Below are positions 10,401-25,400 of a DNA stretch of 64,000 nt, piece after piece. Every line of letters starts with the position of its first letter. Positions within the stretch are counted from its first letter, which is position 1. The notes under the pieces were generated by a model that did no database searches, was not told the DNA's origin, and was given only the letters and a program-made list of their open reading frames with translations. The position numbers were made by a program, and so were the translations under genes. This DNA comes from Auanema rhodensis (Eukaryota; Animalia; Nematoda): positions 19,902,001-19,966,000 of the forward strand of contig OZ059899.1 of assembly GCA_964057225.1 (NCBI GenBank), read 5' to 3'.

Positions 10401-13400
10401 GGGTGAAAATCGAGGATATAAGTGTGAACTTATATCAGTTGATATCTCGGTGCATTTTTAAGCTAGCGCAAATCTGATAACACAGATCGACGCAGCTTAA
10501 AAATCCGCATCGAATGCACTATACAACATTGAGAAACGCTTAACACAAAAATTAGTTATGATCGTTTGAAAAATGATGCATTAGTGTATGTTGAGTTTCC
10601 ATGTACACTCAACATTGCTTCCAAAAACATTTTGACAAAAATTTTTCCGAAAAATTTCGAAATAATTTCGCAAAAAGTAGATGTTTTCAGATTCCTTTTT
10701 TCAAGGCAAAGACGATGGACATTGTTATTCAACGAAAAAATTGATTCTGCAGGGTGAAAATCGAGGATATAAGTGTGAACTTATATCAGTTGATATCTCG
10801 GTGCATTTTTAAGCTAGCGCAAATCTAATAACACAGATCGACGCAGCTTAAAAATCCGCATCGAATGCACTAGACAACATTGAGAAACGCTTAACACAAA
10901 AATTAGTTATGATCGTTTGAAAAATGATGCATTAGTGTATGTTGAGTTTCCATGTACACTCAACATTGCTTCCAAAAACATTTTGACAAAAATTTTTCCG
11001 AAAAATTTCGAAATAATTTCGCAAAAAGTAGATGTTTTCAGATTCCTTTTTTCAAGGCAAAGACGATGGACATTGTTATTCAACGAAAAAATTGATTCTG
11101 CAGGGTGAAAATCGAGGATATAAGTGTGAACTTATATCAGTTGATATCTCGGTGCATTTTTAAGCTAGCGCAAATCTAATAACACAGATCGACGCAGCTT
11201 AAAAATCCGCATCGAATGCACTATACAACATTGAGAAACGCTTAACACAAAAATTAGTTATGATCGTTTGAAAAATGATGCATTAGTGTATGTTGAGTTT
11301 CCATGTACACTCAACATTGCTTCCAAAAACATTTTGACAAAAATTTTTCCGAAAAATTTCGAAATAATTTCGCAAAAAGTAGATGTTTTCAGATTCCTTT
11401 TTTCAAGGCAAAGACGATGGACATTGTTATTCAACGAAAAAATTGATTCTGCAGGGTGAAAATCGAGGATATAAGTGTGAACTTATATCAGTTGATATCT
11501 CGGTGCATTTTTAAGCTAACGCAAATCTGATAACACAGCTCGACGCAGCTTAAAAATCCGCATCGAATGCACTATACAACATTGAGAAACGCTTAATACA
11601 AAAATTAGTTATGATCGTTTGAAAAATGATGCATTAGTGTATGTTGAGTTTCCATGTACACTCAACATTGCTTCCAAAAACATTTTTACAAAAATTTTTC
11701 CGAAAAATTTCAAAATAATTTCGCAAAAAGTAGATGTTTTTAGATTCCTTTTTTCAAGGCAAAGACGATGGACATTGTTATTTAACGAAAAAATTGATTC
11801 TGCAGGGTGAAAATCGAGGATATAAGTGTGAACTTATATCAGTTGATATCTCGGTGCATTTTTAAGCTAGCGCAAATCTAATAACACAGATCGACGCAGC
11901 TTAAAAATCCGCATCGAATGCACTATACAACATTGAGAAACGCTTAACACAAAAATTAGTTATGATCGTTTGAAAAATGATGCATTAGTGTATGTTGAGT
12001 TTCCATGTACACTCAACATTGCTTCCAAAAACATTTTGACAAAAATTTTTCCGAAAAATTTCGAAATAATTTCGCAAAAAGTAGATGTTTTCAGATTCCT
12101 TTTTTCAAGGCAAAGACGATGGACATTGTTATTCAACGAAAAAATTGATTCTGCAGGGTGAAAATCGAGGATATAAGTGTGAACTTATATCAGTTGATAT
12201 CTCGGTGCATTTTTAAGCTAACGCAAATCTGATAACACAGCTCGACGCAGCTTAAAAATCCGCATCGAATGCACTATACAACATTGAGAAACGCTTAATA
12301 CAAAAATTAGTTATAATCGTTTGAAAAATGATGCATTAGTGTATGTTGAGTTTCCATGTACACTCAACATTGCTTCCAAAAACATTTTGACAAAAATTTT
12401 TCCGAAAAATTTCGAGATAATTTCGCAAAAAGTTGATGTTTTTAGATTCCTTTTTTCAAGGCAAAGACGATGGACATTGTTATTCAACGAAAAAATTGAT
12501 TCTGCAGGGTGAAAATCGAGGATATAAGTGTGAACTTATATCAGTTGATATCTCGGTGCATTTTTAAGCTAGCGCAAATCTGATAACACAGATCGACGCA
12601 GCTTAAGAATCCGCATCGAATGCACTATACAACATTGAGAAACGCTTAATACAAAAATTAGTTATGATCGTTTGAAAAATGATGCATTAGTGTATGTTGA
12701 GTTTCCATGTACACTCAACATTGCTTCCAAAAACATTTTTACAAAAATTTTTCCGAAAATTTTCAAAATAATTTCGCAAAAAGTAGATGTTTTTAGATTC
12801 CTTTTTTCAAGGCAAAGACGATGGACATTGTTATTCAACGAAAAAATTGATTCTGCAGGGTGAAAATCGAGGATATAAGTGTGAACTTATATCAGTTGAT
12901 ATCTCGGTGCATTTTTAAGCTAGCGCAAATCTAATAACACAGATCGACGCAGCTTAAAAATCCGCATCGAATGCACTATACAACATTGAGAAACGCTTAA
13001 TACAAAAATTAGTTATGATCGTTTGAAAAATGATGCATTAGTGTATGTTGAGTTTCCATGTACACTCAACATTGCTTCCAAAAACATTTTGACAAAAATT
13101 TTTCCGAAAAATTTCGAAATAATTTCGCAAAAAGTAGATGTTTTCAGATTCCTTTTTTCAAGGCAAAGACGATGGACATTGTTATTCAACGAAAAAATTG
13201 ATTCTGCAGGGTGAAAATCGAGGATATAAGTGTGAACTTATATCAGTTGATATCTCGGTGCATTTTTAAGCTAACGCAAATCTGATAACACAGCTCGACG
13301 CAGCTTAAAAATCCGCATCGAATGCACTATACAACATTGAGAAACGCTTAATACAAAAATTAGTTATAATCGTTTGAAAAATGATGCATTAGTGTATGTT

Positions 13401-16400
13401 GAGTTTCCATGTACACTCAACATTGCTTCCAAAAACATTTTGACAAAAATTTTTCCGAAAAATTTCGAAATAATTTCGCAAAAAGTAGATGTTTTTAGAT
13501 TCCTTTTTTCAAGGCAAAGACGATGGACATTGTTATTCAACGAAAAAATTGATTCTGCAGGGTGAAAATCGAGGATATAAGTGTGAACTTATATCAGTTG
13601 ATATCTCGGTGCATTTTTAAGCTAGCGCAAATCTAATAACACAGATCGACGCAGCTTAAAAATCCGCATCGAATGCACTATACAACATTGAGAATCGCTT
13701 AACACAAAAATTAGTTATGATCGTTTGAAAAATGATGCATTAGTGTATGTTGAGTTTCCATGTACACTCAACATTGCTTCCAAAAACATTTTGACAAAAA
13801 TTTTTCCGAAAAATTTCGAAATAATTTCGCAAAAAGTAGATGTTTTCAGATTCCTTTTTTCAAGGCAAAGACGATGGACATTGTTATTCAACGAAAAAAT
13901 TGATTCTGCAGGGTGTAAATCGAGGATATAAGTGTGAACTTATATCAGTTGATATCTCGGTGCATTTTTAAGCTAGCGCAAATCTAATAACACAGATCGA
14001 CGCAGCTTAAAAATCCGCATCGAATGCACTAGACAACATTGAGAAACGCTTAACACAAAAATTAGTTATGATCGTTTGAAAAATGATGCATTAGTGTATG
14101 TTGAGTTTCCATGTACACTCAACATTGCTTCCAAAAACATTTTGACAAAAATTTTTCCGAAAAATTTCGAAATAATTTCGCAAAAAGTAGATGTTTTCAG
14201 ATTCCTTTTTTCAAGGCAAAGACGATGGACATTGTTATTCAACGAAAAAATTGATTCTGCAGGGTGAAAATCGAGGATATAAGTGTGAACTTATATCAGT
14301 TGATATCTCGGTGCATTTTTAAGCTAACGCAAATCTGATAACACAGCTCGACGCAGCTTAAAAATCCGCATCGAATGCACTATACAACATTGAGAAACGC
14401 TTAATACAAAAATTAGTTATAATCGTTTGAAAAATGATGCATTAGTGTATGTTGAGTTTCCATGTACACTCAACATTGCTTCCAAAAACATTTTGACAAA
14501 AATTTTTCCGAAAAATTTCGAAATAATTTCGCAAAAAGTAGATGTTTTTAGATTCCTTTTTTCAAGGCAAAGACGATGGACATTGTTATTCAACGAAAAA
14601 ATTGATTCTGCAGGGTGAAAATCGAGGATATAAGTGTGAACTTATATCAGTTGATATCTCGGTGCATTTTTAAGCTAGCGCAAATCTAATAACACAGATC
14701 GACGCAGCTTAAAAATCCGCATCGAATGCACTATACTACATTGAAAAACGCTTAATACAAAAATTAGTTATGATCGTTTGAAAAAAGATGCATTAGTGTA
14801 TGTTGAGTTTCCATGTACACTCAACATTGCTTCCAAAAACATTTTTACAAAAATTTTTCCGAAAAATTTCAAAATAATTTCGCAAAAAGTAGATGTTTTT
14901 AGATTCCTTTTTTCAAGGCAAAGACGATGGACATTGTTATTCAACGAAAAAATTGATTCTGCAGGGTGAAAATCGAGGATATAAGTGTGAACTTATATCA
15001 GTTGATATCTCGGTGCATTTTTAAGCTAGCGCAAATCTAATAACACAGATCGACGCAGCTTAAAAATCCGCATCGAATGCACTATACAACATTGAGAAAC
15101 GCTTAACACAAAAATTAGTTATGATCGTTTGAAAAATGATGCATTAGTGTATGTTGAGTTTCCATGTACACTCAACATTGCTTCCAAAAACATTTTGACA
15201 AAAATTTTTCCGAAAAATTTCGAAATAATTTCGCAAAAAGTAGATGTTTTCAGATTCCTTTTTTCAAGGCAAAGACGATGGACATTGTTATTCAACGAAA
15301 AAATTGATTCTGCAGGGTGAAAATCGAGGATATAAGTGTGAACTTATATCAGTTGATATCTCGGTGCATTTTTAAGCTAGCGCAAATCTAATAACACAGA
15401 TCGACGCAGCTTAAAAATCCGCATCGAATGCACTATACAACATTGAGAAACGCTTAACACAAAAATTAGTTATGATCGTTTGAAAAATGATGCATTAGTG
15501 TATGTTGAGTTTCCATGTACACTCAACATTGCTTCCAAAAACATTTTGACAAAAATTTTTCCGAAAAATTTCGAAATAATTTCTCAAAAAGTAGATGTTT
15601 TCAGATTCCTTTTTTCAAGGCAAAGACGATGGACATTGTTATTCAACGAAAAAATTGATTCTGCAGGGTGAAAATCGAGGATATAAGTGTGAACTTATAT
15701 CAGTTGATATCTCGGTGCATTTTTAAGCTAGCGCAAATCTAATAACACAGATCGACGCAGCTTAAAAATCCGCATCGAATGCACTATACAACATTGAGAA
15801 ACGCTTAACACAAAAATTAGTTATGATCGTTTGAAAAATGATGCATTAGTGTATGTTGAGTTTCCATGTACACTCAACATTGCTTCCAAAAACATTTTGA
15901 CAAAAATTTTTCCGAAAAATTTCGAAATAATTTCGCAAAAAGTAGATGTTTTCAGATTCCTTTTTTCAAGGCAAAGACGATGGACATTGTTATTCAACGA
16001 AAAAATTGATTCTGCAGGGTGAAAATCGAGGATATAAGTGTGAACTTATATCAGTTGATATCTCGGTGCATTTTTAAGCTAACGCAAATCTGATAACACA
16101 GCTCGACGCAGCTTAAAAATCCGCATCGAATGCACTATACAACATTGAGAAACGCTTAATACAAAAATTAGTTATGATCGTTTGAAAAATGATGCATTAG
16201 TGTATGTTGAGTTTCCATGTACACTCAACATTGCTTCCAAAAACATTTTGACAAAAATTTTTCCGAAAAATTTCAAAATAATTTCGCAAAAAGTAGATGT
16301 TTTTAGATTCCTTTTTTCAAGGCAAAGACGATGGACATTGTTATTCAACGAAAAAATTGATTCTGCAGGGTGAAAATCGAGGATATAAGTGTGAACTTAT

Positions 16401-19400
16401 ATCAGTTGATATCTCGGTGCATTTTTAAGCTAGCGCAAATCTGATAACACAGATCGACGCAGCTTAAGAATCCGCATCGAATGCACTATACAACATTGAG
16501 AAACGCTTAATACAAAAATTAGTTATGATCGTTTGAAAAATGATGCATTAGTGTATGTTGAGTTTCCATGTACACTCAACATTGCTTCCAAAAACATTTT
16601 TACAAAAATTTTTCCGAAAAATTTCAAAATAATTTCGCAAAAAGTAGATGTTTTTAGATTCCTTTTTTCAAGGCAAAGACGATGGACAATGTTATTCAAC
16701 GAAAAAATTAATTCTGCAGGGTGAAAATCGAGGATATAAGTGTGAACTTATATCAGTTGATATCTCGGTGCATTTTTAAGCTAGCGCAAATCTGATAACA
16801 CAGATCGACGCAGCTTAAAAATCCGCATCGAATGCACTATACTACATTGAGAAACGCTTAATACAAAAATTAGTTATGATCGTTTGAAAAATGATGCATT
16901 AGTGTATGTTGAGTTTCCATGTACACTCAACATTGCTTCCAAAAACATTTTTACAAAAATTTTTCCGAAAAATTTCGAAATAATTTCGCAGAAAGTAGAT
17001 GTTTTTAGATTCCTTTTTTCAAGGCAAAGACGATGGACATTGTTATTCAACGAAAAAATTGATTCTGCAGGGTGAAAATCGAGGATATAAGTGTGAACTT
17101 ATATCAGTTGATATCTCGGTGCATTTTTAAGCTAGCGCAAATCTGATAACACAGATCGACGCAGCTTAAAAATCCGCATCGAATGCACTATACTACATTG
17201 AAAAACGCTTAATACAAAAATTAGTTATGATCGTTTGAAAAAAGATGCATTAGTGTATGTTGAGTTTCCATGTACACTCAACATTGCTTCCAAAAACATT
17301 TTGACAAAAATTTTTCCGAAAAATTTCAAAATAATTTCGCAAAAAGTAGATGTTTTTAGATTCCTTTTTTCAAGGCAAAGACGATGGACATTGTTATTCA
17401 ACGAAAAAATTGATTCTGCAGGGTGAAAATCGAGGATATAAGTGTGAACTTATATCAGTTGATATCTCGGTGCATTTTTAAGCTAGCGCAAATTTGATAA
17501 CACAGATCGACGCAGCTTAAAAATCCGCATCGAATGCACTATACTACATTGAAAAACGCTTAATACAAAAATTAGTTATGATCGTTTGAAAAAAGATGCA
17601 TTAGTGTATGTTGAGTTTCCATGTACACTCAACATTGCTTCCAAAAACATTTTGACAAAAATTTTTCCGAAAAATTTCAAAATAATTTCGCAAAAAGTAG
17701 ATGTTTTTAGATTCCTTTTTTCAAGGCAAAGACGATGGACATTGTTATTCAACGAAAAAATTGATTCTGCAGGGTGAAAATCGAGGATATAAGTGTGAAC
17801 TTATATCAGTTGATATCTCGGTGCATTTTTAAGCTAGCGCAAATCTAATAACACAGATCGACGCAGCTTAAAAATCCGCATCGAATGCACTATACAACAT
17901 TGAGAAACGCTTAACACAAAAATTAGTTATGATCGTTTGAAAAATGATGCATTAGTGTATGTTGAGTTTCCATGTACACTCAACATTGCTTCCAAAAACA
18001 TTTTGACAAAAATTTTTCCGAAAAATTTCGAAATAATTTCGCAAAAAGTAGATGTTTTCAGATTCCTTTTTTCAAGGCAAAGACGATGGACATTGTTATT
18101 CAACGAAAAAATTGATTCTGCAGGGTGAAAATCGAGGATATAAGTGTGAACTTATATCAGTTGATATCTCGGTGCATTTTTAAGCTAACGCAAATCTGAT
18201 AACACAGCTCGACGCAGCTTAAAAATCCGCATCGAATGCACTATACAACATTGAGAAACGCTTAATACAAAAATTAGTTATGATCGTTTGAAAAATGATG
18301 CATTAGTGTATGTTGAGTTTCCATGTACACTCAACATTGCTTCCAAAAACATTTTGACAAAAATTTTTCCAAAAAATTTCAAAATAATTTCGCAAAAAGT
18401 AAATGTTTTTAGATTCCTTTCTCCAAGGCAAAGACGATGGACAATGTTATTCAACGAAAAAATTAATTCTGCAGGGTGAAAATCGAGGATATAAGTGTGA
18501 ACTTATATCAGTTGATATCTCGGTGCATTTTTAAGCTAGCGCAAATCTGATAACACAGATCGACGCAGCTTAAAAATCCGCATCGAATGCACTATACTAC
18601 ATTGAAAAACGCTTAATACAAAAATTAGTTATGATCGTTTGAAAAAAGATGCATTAGTGTATGTTGAGTTTCCATGTACACTCAACATTGCTTCCAAAAA
18701 CATTTTGACAAAAATTTTTCCGAAAAATTTCAAAATAATTTCGCAAAAAGTAGATGTTTTTAGATTCCTTTTTTCAAGGCAAAGACGATGGACAATGTTA
18801 TTCAACGAAAAAATTAATTCTGCAGGGTGAAAATCGAGGATATAAGTGTGAACTTATATCAGTTGATATCTCGGTGCATTTTTAAGCTAGCGCAAATCTG
18901 ATAACACAGATCGACGCAGCTTAAAAATCCGCATCGAATGCACTATACTACATTGAAAAACGCTTAATACAAAAATTAGTTATGATCGTTTGAAAAAAGA
19001 TGCATTAGTGTATGTTGAGTTTCCATGTACACTCAACATTGCTTCCAAAAACATTTTGACAAAAATTTTTCCGAAAAATTTCAAAATAATTTCGCAAAAA
19101 GTAGATGTTTTTAGATTCCTTTTTTCAAGGCAAAGACGATGGACATTGTTATTCAACGAAAAAATTGATTCTGCAGGGTGAAAATCGAGGATATAAGTGT
19201 GAACTTATATCAGTTGATATCTCGGTGCATTTTTAAGCTAACGCAAATCTGATAACACAGCTCGACGCAGCTTAAAAATCCGCATCGAATGCACTATACA
19301 ACATTGAGAAACGCTTAATACAAAAATTAGTTATGATCGTTTGAAAAAAGATGCATTAGTGTATGTTGAGTTTCCATGTACACTCAACATTGCTTCCAAA

Positions 19401-22400
19401 AACATTTTGACAAAAATTTTTCCGAAAAATTTCAAAATAATTTCGCAAAAAGTAGATGTTTTTAGATTCCTTTTTTCAAGGCAAAGACGATGGACAATGT
19501 TATTCAACGAAAAAATTAATTCTGCAGGGTGAAAATCGAGGATATAAGTGTGAACTTATATCAGTTGATATCTCGGTGCATTTTTAAGCTAGCGCAAATC
19601 TGATAACACAGATCGACGCAGCTTAAAAATCCGCATCGAATGCACTATACTACATTGAAAAACGCTTAATACAAAAATTAGTTATGATCGTTTGAAAAAA
19701 GATGCATTAGTGTATGTTGAGTTTCCATGTACACTCAACATTGCTTCCAAAAACATTTTGACAAAAATTTTTCCGAAAAATTTCAAAATAATTTCGCAAA
19801 AAGTAGATGTTTTTAGATTCCTTTTTTCAAGGCAAAGACGATGGACAATGTTATTCAACGAAAAAATTAATTCTGCAGGGTGAAAATCGAGGATATAAGT
19901 GTGAACTTATATCAGTTGATATCTCGGTGCATTTTTAAGCTAGCGCAAATCTGATAACACAGATCGACGCAGCTTAAAAATCCGCATCGAATGCACTATA
20001 CTACATTGAAAAACGCTTAATACAAAAATTAGTTATGATCGTTTGAAAAAAGATGCATTAGTGTATGTTGAGTTTCCATGTACACTCAACATTGCTTCCA
20101 AAAACATTTTGACAAAAATTTTTCCGAAAAATTTCAAAATAATTTCGCAAAAAGTAGATGTTTTTAGATTCCTTTTTTCAAGGCAAAGACGATGGACATT
20201 GTTATTCAACGAAAAAATTGATTCTGCAGGGTGAAAATCGAGGATATAAGTGTGAACTTATATCAGTTGATATCTCGGTGCATTTTTAAGCTAACGCAAA
20301 TCTGATAACACAGCTCGACGCAGCTTAAAAATCCGCATCGAATGCACTATACAACATTGAGAAACGCTTAATACAAAAATTAGTTATGATCGTTTGAAAA
20401 AAGATGCATTAGTGTATGTTGAGTTTCCATGTACACTCAACATTGCTTCCAAAAACATTTTGACAAAAATTTTTCCGAAAAATTTCAAAATAATTTCGCA
20501 AAAAGTAGATGTTTTTAGATTCCTTTTTTCAAGGCAAAGACGATGGACAATGTTATTCAACGAAAAAATTAATTCTGCAGGGTGAAAATCGAGGATATAA
20601 GTGTGAACTTATATCAGTTGATATCTCGGTGCATTTTTAAGCTAGCGCAAATCTGATAACACAGATCGACGCAGCTTAAAAATCCGCATCGAATGCACTA
20701 TACTACATTGAAAAACGCTTAATACAAAAATTAGTTATGATCGTTTGAAAAAAGATGCATTAGTGTATGTTGAGTTTCCATGTACACTCAACATTGCTTC
20801 CAAAAACATTTTGACAAAAATTTTTCCGAAAAATTTCAAAATAATTTCGCAAAAAGTAGATGTTTTTAGATTCCTTTTTTCAAGGCAAAGACGATGGACA
20901 TTGTTATTCAACGAAAAAATTGATTATGCAGGGTGAAAATCGAGGATATAAGTGTGAACTTATATCAGTTGATATCTCGGTGAATTTTTAAGCTAACGCA
21001 AATCTGATAACACAGCTCGACGCAGCTTAAAAATCCGCATCGAATGCACTATACAACATTGAGAAACGCTTAATACAAAAGTTAGTTATGATCGTTTGAA
21101 AAATGATGCATTAGTGTATGTTGAGTTTCCATGTACACTCAACATTGCTTCCAAAAACATTTTGACAATAATTTTTCCAAAAAATTTCAAAATAATTTCG
21201 CAAAAAGTAAATGTTTTTAGATTCCTTTCTCCAAGGCAAAGACGATGGACAATGTTATTCAACGAAAAAATTAATTCTGCAGGGTGAAAATCGAGGATAT
21301 AAGTGTGAACTTATATCAGTTGATATCTCGGTGCATTTTTAAGCTAGCGCAAATCTGATAATACAGATCGACGCAGCTTAAAAATCCGCATCGAATGCAC
21401 TATACTACATTGAGAAACGCTTAATACAAAAATTAGTTATGATCGTTTGAAAAATGATGCATTAGTGTATGTTGAGTTTCCATGTACACTCAACATTGCT
21501 TCCAAAAACATTTTTACAAAAATTTTTCCGAAAAATTTCGAAATAATTTCGCAGAAAGTAGATGTTTTTAGATTCCTTTTTTCAAGGCAAAGACGATGGA
21601 CATTGTTATTCAACGAAAAAATTGATTCTGCAGGGTGAAAATCGAGGATATAAGTGTGAACTTATATCAGTTGATATCTCGGTGCATTTTTAAGCTAGCG
21701 CAAATCTGATAACACAGATCGACGCAGCTTAAAAATCCGCATCGAATGCACTATACTACATTGAAAAACGCTTAATACAAAAATTAGTTATGATCGTTTG
21801 AAAAAAGATGCATTAGTGTATGTTGAGTTTCCATGTACACTCAACATTGCTTCCAAAAACATTTTTACAAAAATTTTTCCGAAAAATTTCAAAATAATTT
21901 CGCAAAAAGTAGATGTTTTTAGATTCCTTTTTTCAAGGCAAAGACGATGGACATTGTTATTCAACGAAAAAATTGATTCTGCAGGGTGAAAATCGAGGAT
22001 ATAAGTGTGAACTTATATCAGTTGATATCTCGGTGCATTTTTAAGCTAGCGCAAATCTAATAACACAGATCGACGCAGCTTAAAAATCCGCATCGAATGC
22101 ACTATACAACATTGAGAAACGCTTAACACAAAAATTAGTTATGATCGTTTGAAAAATGATGCATTAGTGTATGTTGAGTTTCCATGTACACTCAACATTG
22201 CTTCCAAAAACATTTTGACAAAAATTTTTCCGAAAAATTTCGAAATAATTTCGCAAAAAGTAGATGTTTTCAGATTCCTTTTTTCAAGGCAAAGACGATG
22301 GACATTGTTATTCAACGAAAAAATTGATTCTGCAGGGTGAAAATCGAGGATATAAGTGTGAACTTATATCAGTTGATATCTCGGTGCATTTTTAAGCTAA

Positions 22401-25400
22401 CGCAAATCTGATAACACAGCTCGACGCAGCTTAAAAATCCGCATCGAATGCACTATACAACATTGAGAAACGCTTAACACAAAAATTAGTTATGATCGTT
22501 CGAAAAATGATGCATTAGTGTATGTTGAGTTTCCATGTACACTCAACATTGCTTCCAAAAACATTTTGACAAAAATTTTTCCAAAGAATTTCAAAATAAT
22601 TTCGCAAAAAGTAAATGTTTTTAGATTCCTTTCTCCAAGGCAAAGACGATGGACAATGTTATTCAACGAAAAAATTAATTCTGCAGGGTGAAAATCGAGG
22701 ATATAAGTGTGAACTTATATCAGTTGATATCTCGGTGCATTTTTAAGCTAGCGCAAATCTGATAACACAGATCGACGCAGCTTAAAAATCCGCATCGAAT
22801 GCACTATACTACATTGAAAAACGCTTAATACAAAAATTAGTTATGATCGTTTGAAAAAAGATGCATTAGTGTATGTTGAGTTTCCATGTACACTCAACAT
22901 TGCTTCCAAAAACATTTTGACAAAAATTTTTCCGAAAAATTTCAAAATAATTTCGCAAAAAGTAGATGTTTTTAGATTCCTTTTTTCAAGGCAAAGACGA
23001 TGGACAATGTTATTCAACGAAAAAATTAATTCTGCAGGGTGAAAATCGAGGATATAAGTGTGAACTTATATCAGTTGATATCTCGGTGCATTTTTAAGCT
23101 AACGCAAATCTGATAACACAGCTCGACGCAGCTTAAAAATCCGCATCGAATGCACTATACAACATTGAGAAACGCTTAACACAAAAATTAGTTATGATCG
23201 TTCGAAAAATGATGCATTAGTGTATGTTGAGTTTCCATGTACACTCAACATTGCTTCCAAAAACATTTTGACAAAAATTTTTCCAAAGAATTTCAAAATA
23301 ATTTCGCAAAAAGTAAATGTTTTTAGATTCCTTTCTCCAAGGCAAAGACGATGGACAATGTTATTCAACGAAAAAATTAATTCTGCAGGGTGAAAATCGA
23401 GGATATAAGTGTGAACTTATATCAGTTGATATCTCGGTGCATTTTTAAGCTAGCGCAAATCTGATAACACAGATCGACGCAGCTTAAAAATCCGCATCGA
23501 ATGCACTATACTACATTGAAAAACGCTTAATACAAAAATTAGTTATGATCGTTTGAAAAAAGATGCATTAGTGTATGTTGAGTTTCCATGTACACTCAAC
23601 ATTGCTTCCAAAAACATTTTGACAAAAATTTTTCCGAAAAATTTCAAAATAATTTCGCAAAAAGTAGATGTTTTTAGATTCCTTTTTTCAAGGCAAAGAC
23701 GATGGACAATGTTATTCAACGAAAAAATTAATTCTGCAGGGTGAAAATCGAGGATATAAGTGTGAACTTATATCAGTTGATATCTCGGTGCATTTTTAAG
23801 CTAGCGCAAATCTGATAACACAGATCGACGCAGCTTAAAAATCCGCATCGAATGCACTATACTACATTGAAAAACGCTTAATACAAAAATTAGTTATGAT
23901 CGTTTGAAAAAAGATGCATTAGTGTATGTTGAGTTTCCATGTACACTCAACATTGCTTCCAAAAACATTTTGACAAAAATTTTTCCGAAAAATTTCAAAA
24001 TAATTTCGCAAAAAGTAGATGTTTTTAGATTCCTTTTTTCAAGGCAAAGACGATGGACATTGTTATTCAACGAAAAAATTGATTCTGCAGGGTGAAAATC
24101 GAGGATATAAGTGTGAACTTATATCAGTTGATATCTCGGTGCATTTTTAAGCTAACGCAAATCTGATAACACAGCTCGACGCAGCTTAAAAATCCGCATC
24201 GAATGCACTATACAACATTGAGAAACGCTTAATACAAAAATTAGTTATGATCGTTTGAAAAATGATGCATTAGTGTATGTTGAGTTTCCATGTACACTCA
24301 ACATTGCTTCCAAAAACATTTTGACAATAATTTTTCCAAAAAATTTCAAAATAATTTCGCAAAAAGTAAATGTTTTTAGATTCCTTTCTCCAAGGCAAAG
24401 ACGATGGACAATGTTATTCAACGAAAAAATTAATTCTGCAGGGTGAAAATCGAGGATATAAGTGTGAACTTATATCAGTTGATATCTCGGTGCATTTTTA
24501 AGCTAGCGCAAATCTGATAACACAGATCGACGCAGCTTAAAAATCCGCATCGAATGCACTATACTACATTGAAAAACGCTTAATACAAAAATTAGTTATG
24601 ATCGTTTGAAAAAAGATGCATTAGTGTATGTTGAGTTTCCATGTACACTCAACATTGCTTCCAAAAACATTTTGACAAAAATTTTTCCGAAAAATTTCAA
24701 AATAATTTCGCAAAAAGTAGATGTTTTTAGATTCCTTTTTTCAAGGCAAAGACGATGGACAATGTTATTTAACGAAAAAATTAATTCTGCAGGGTGAAAA
24801 TCGAGGATATAAGTGTGAACTTATATCAGTTGATATCTCGGTGCATTTTTAAGCTAGCGCAAATCTGATAACACAGATCGACGCAGCTTAAAAATCCGCA
24901 TCGAATGCACTATACTACATTGAAAAACGCTTAATACAAAAATTAGTTATGATCGTTTGAAAAAAGATGCATTAGTGTATGTTGAGTTTCCATGTACACT
25001 CAACATTGCTTCCAAAAACATTTTGACAAAAATTTTTCCGAAAAATTTCAAAATAATTTCGCAAAAAGTAGATGTTTTTAGATTCCTTTTTTCAAGGCAA
25101 AGACGATGGACATTGTTATTCAACGAAAAAATTGATTCTGCAGGGTGAAAATCGAGGATATAAGTGTGAACTTATATCAGTTGATATCTCGGTGCATTTT
25201 TAAGCTAACGCAAATCTGATAACACAGCTCGACGCAGCTTAAAAATCCGCATCGAATGCACTATACAACATTGAGAAACGCTTAATACAAAAATTAGTTA
25301 TGATCGTTTGAAAAATGATGCATTAGTGTATGTTGAGTTTCCATGTACACTCAACATTGCTTCCAAAAACATTTTGACAAAAATTTTTCCAAAAAATTTC

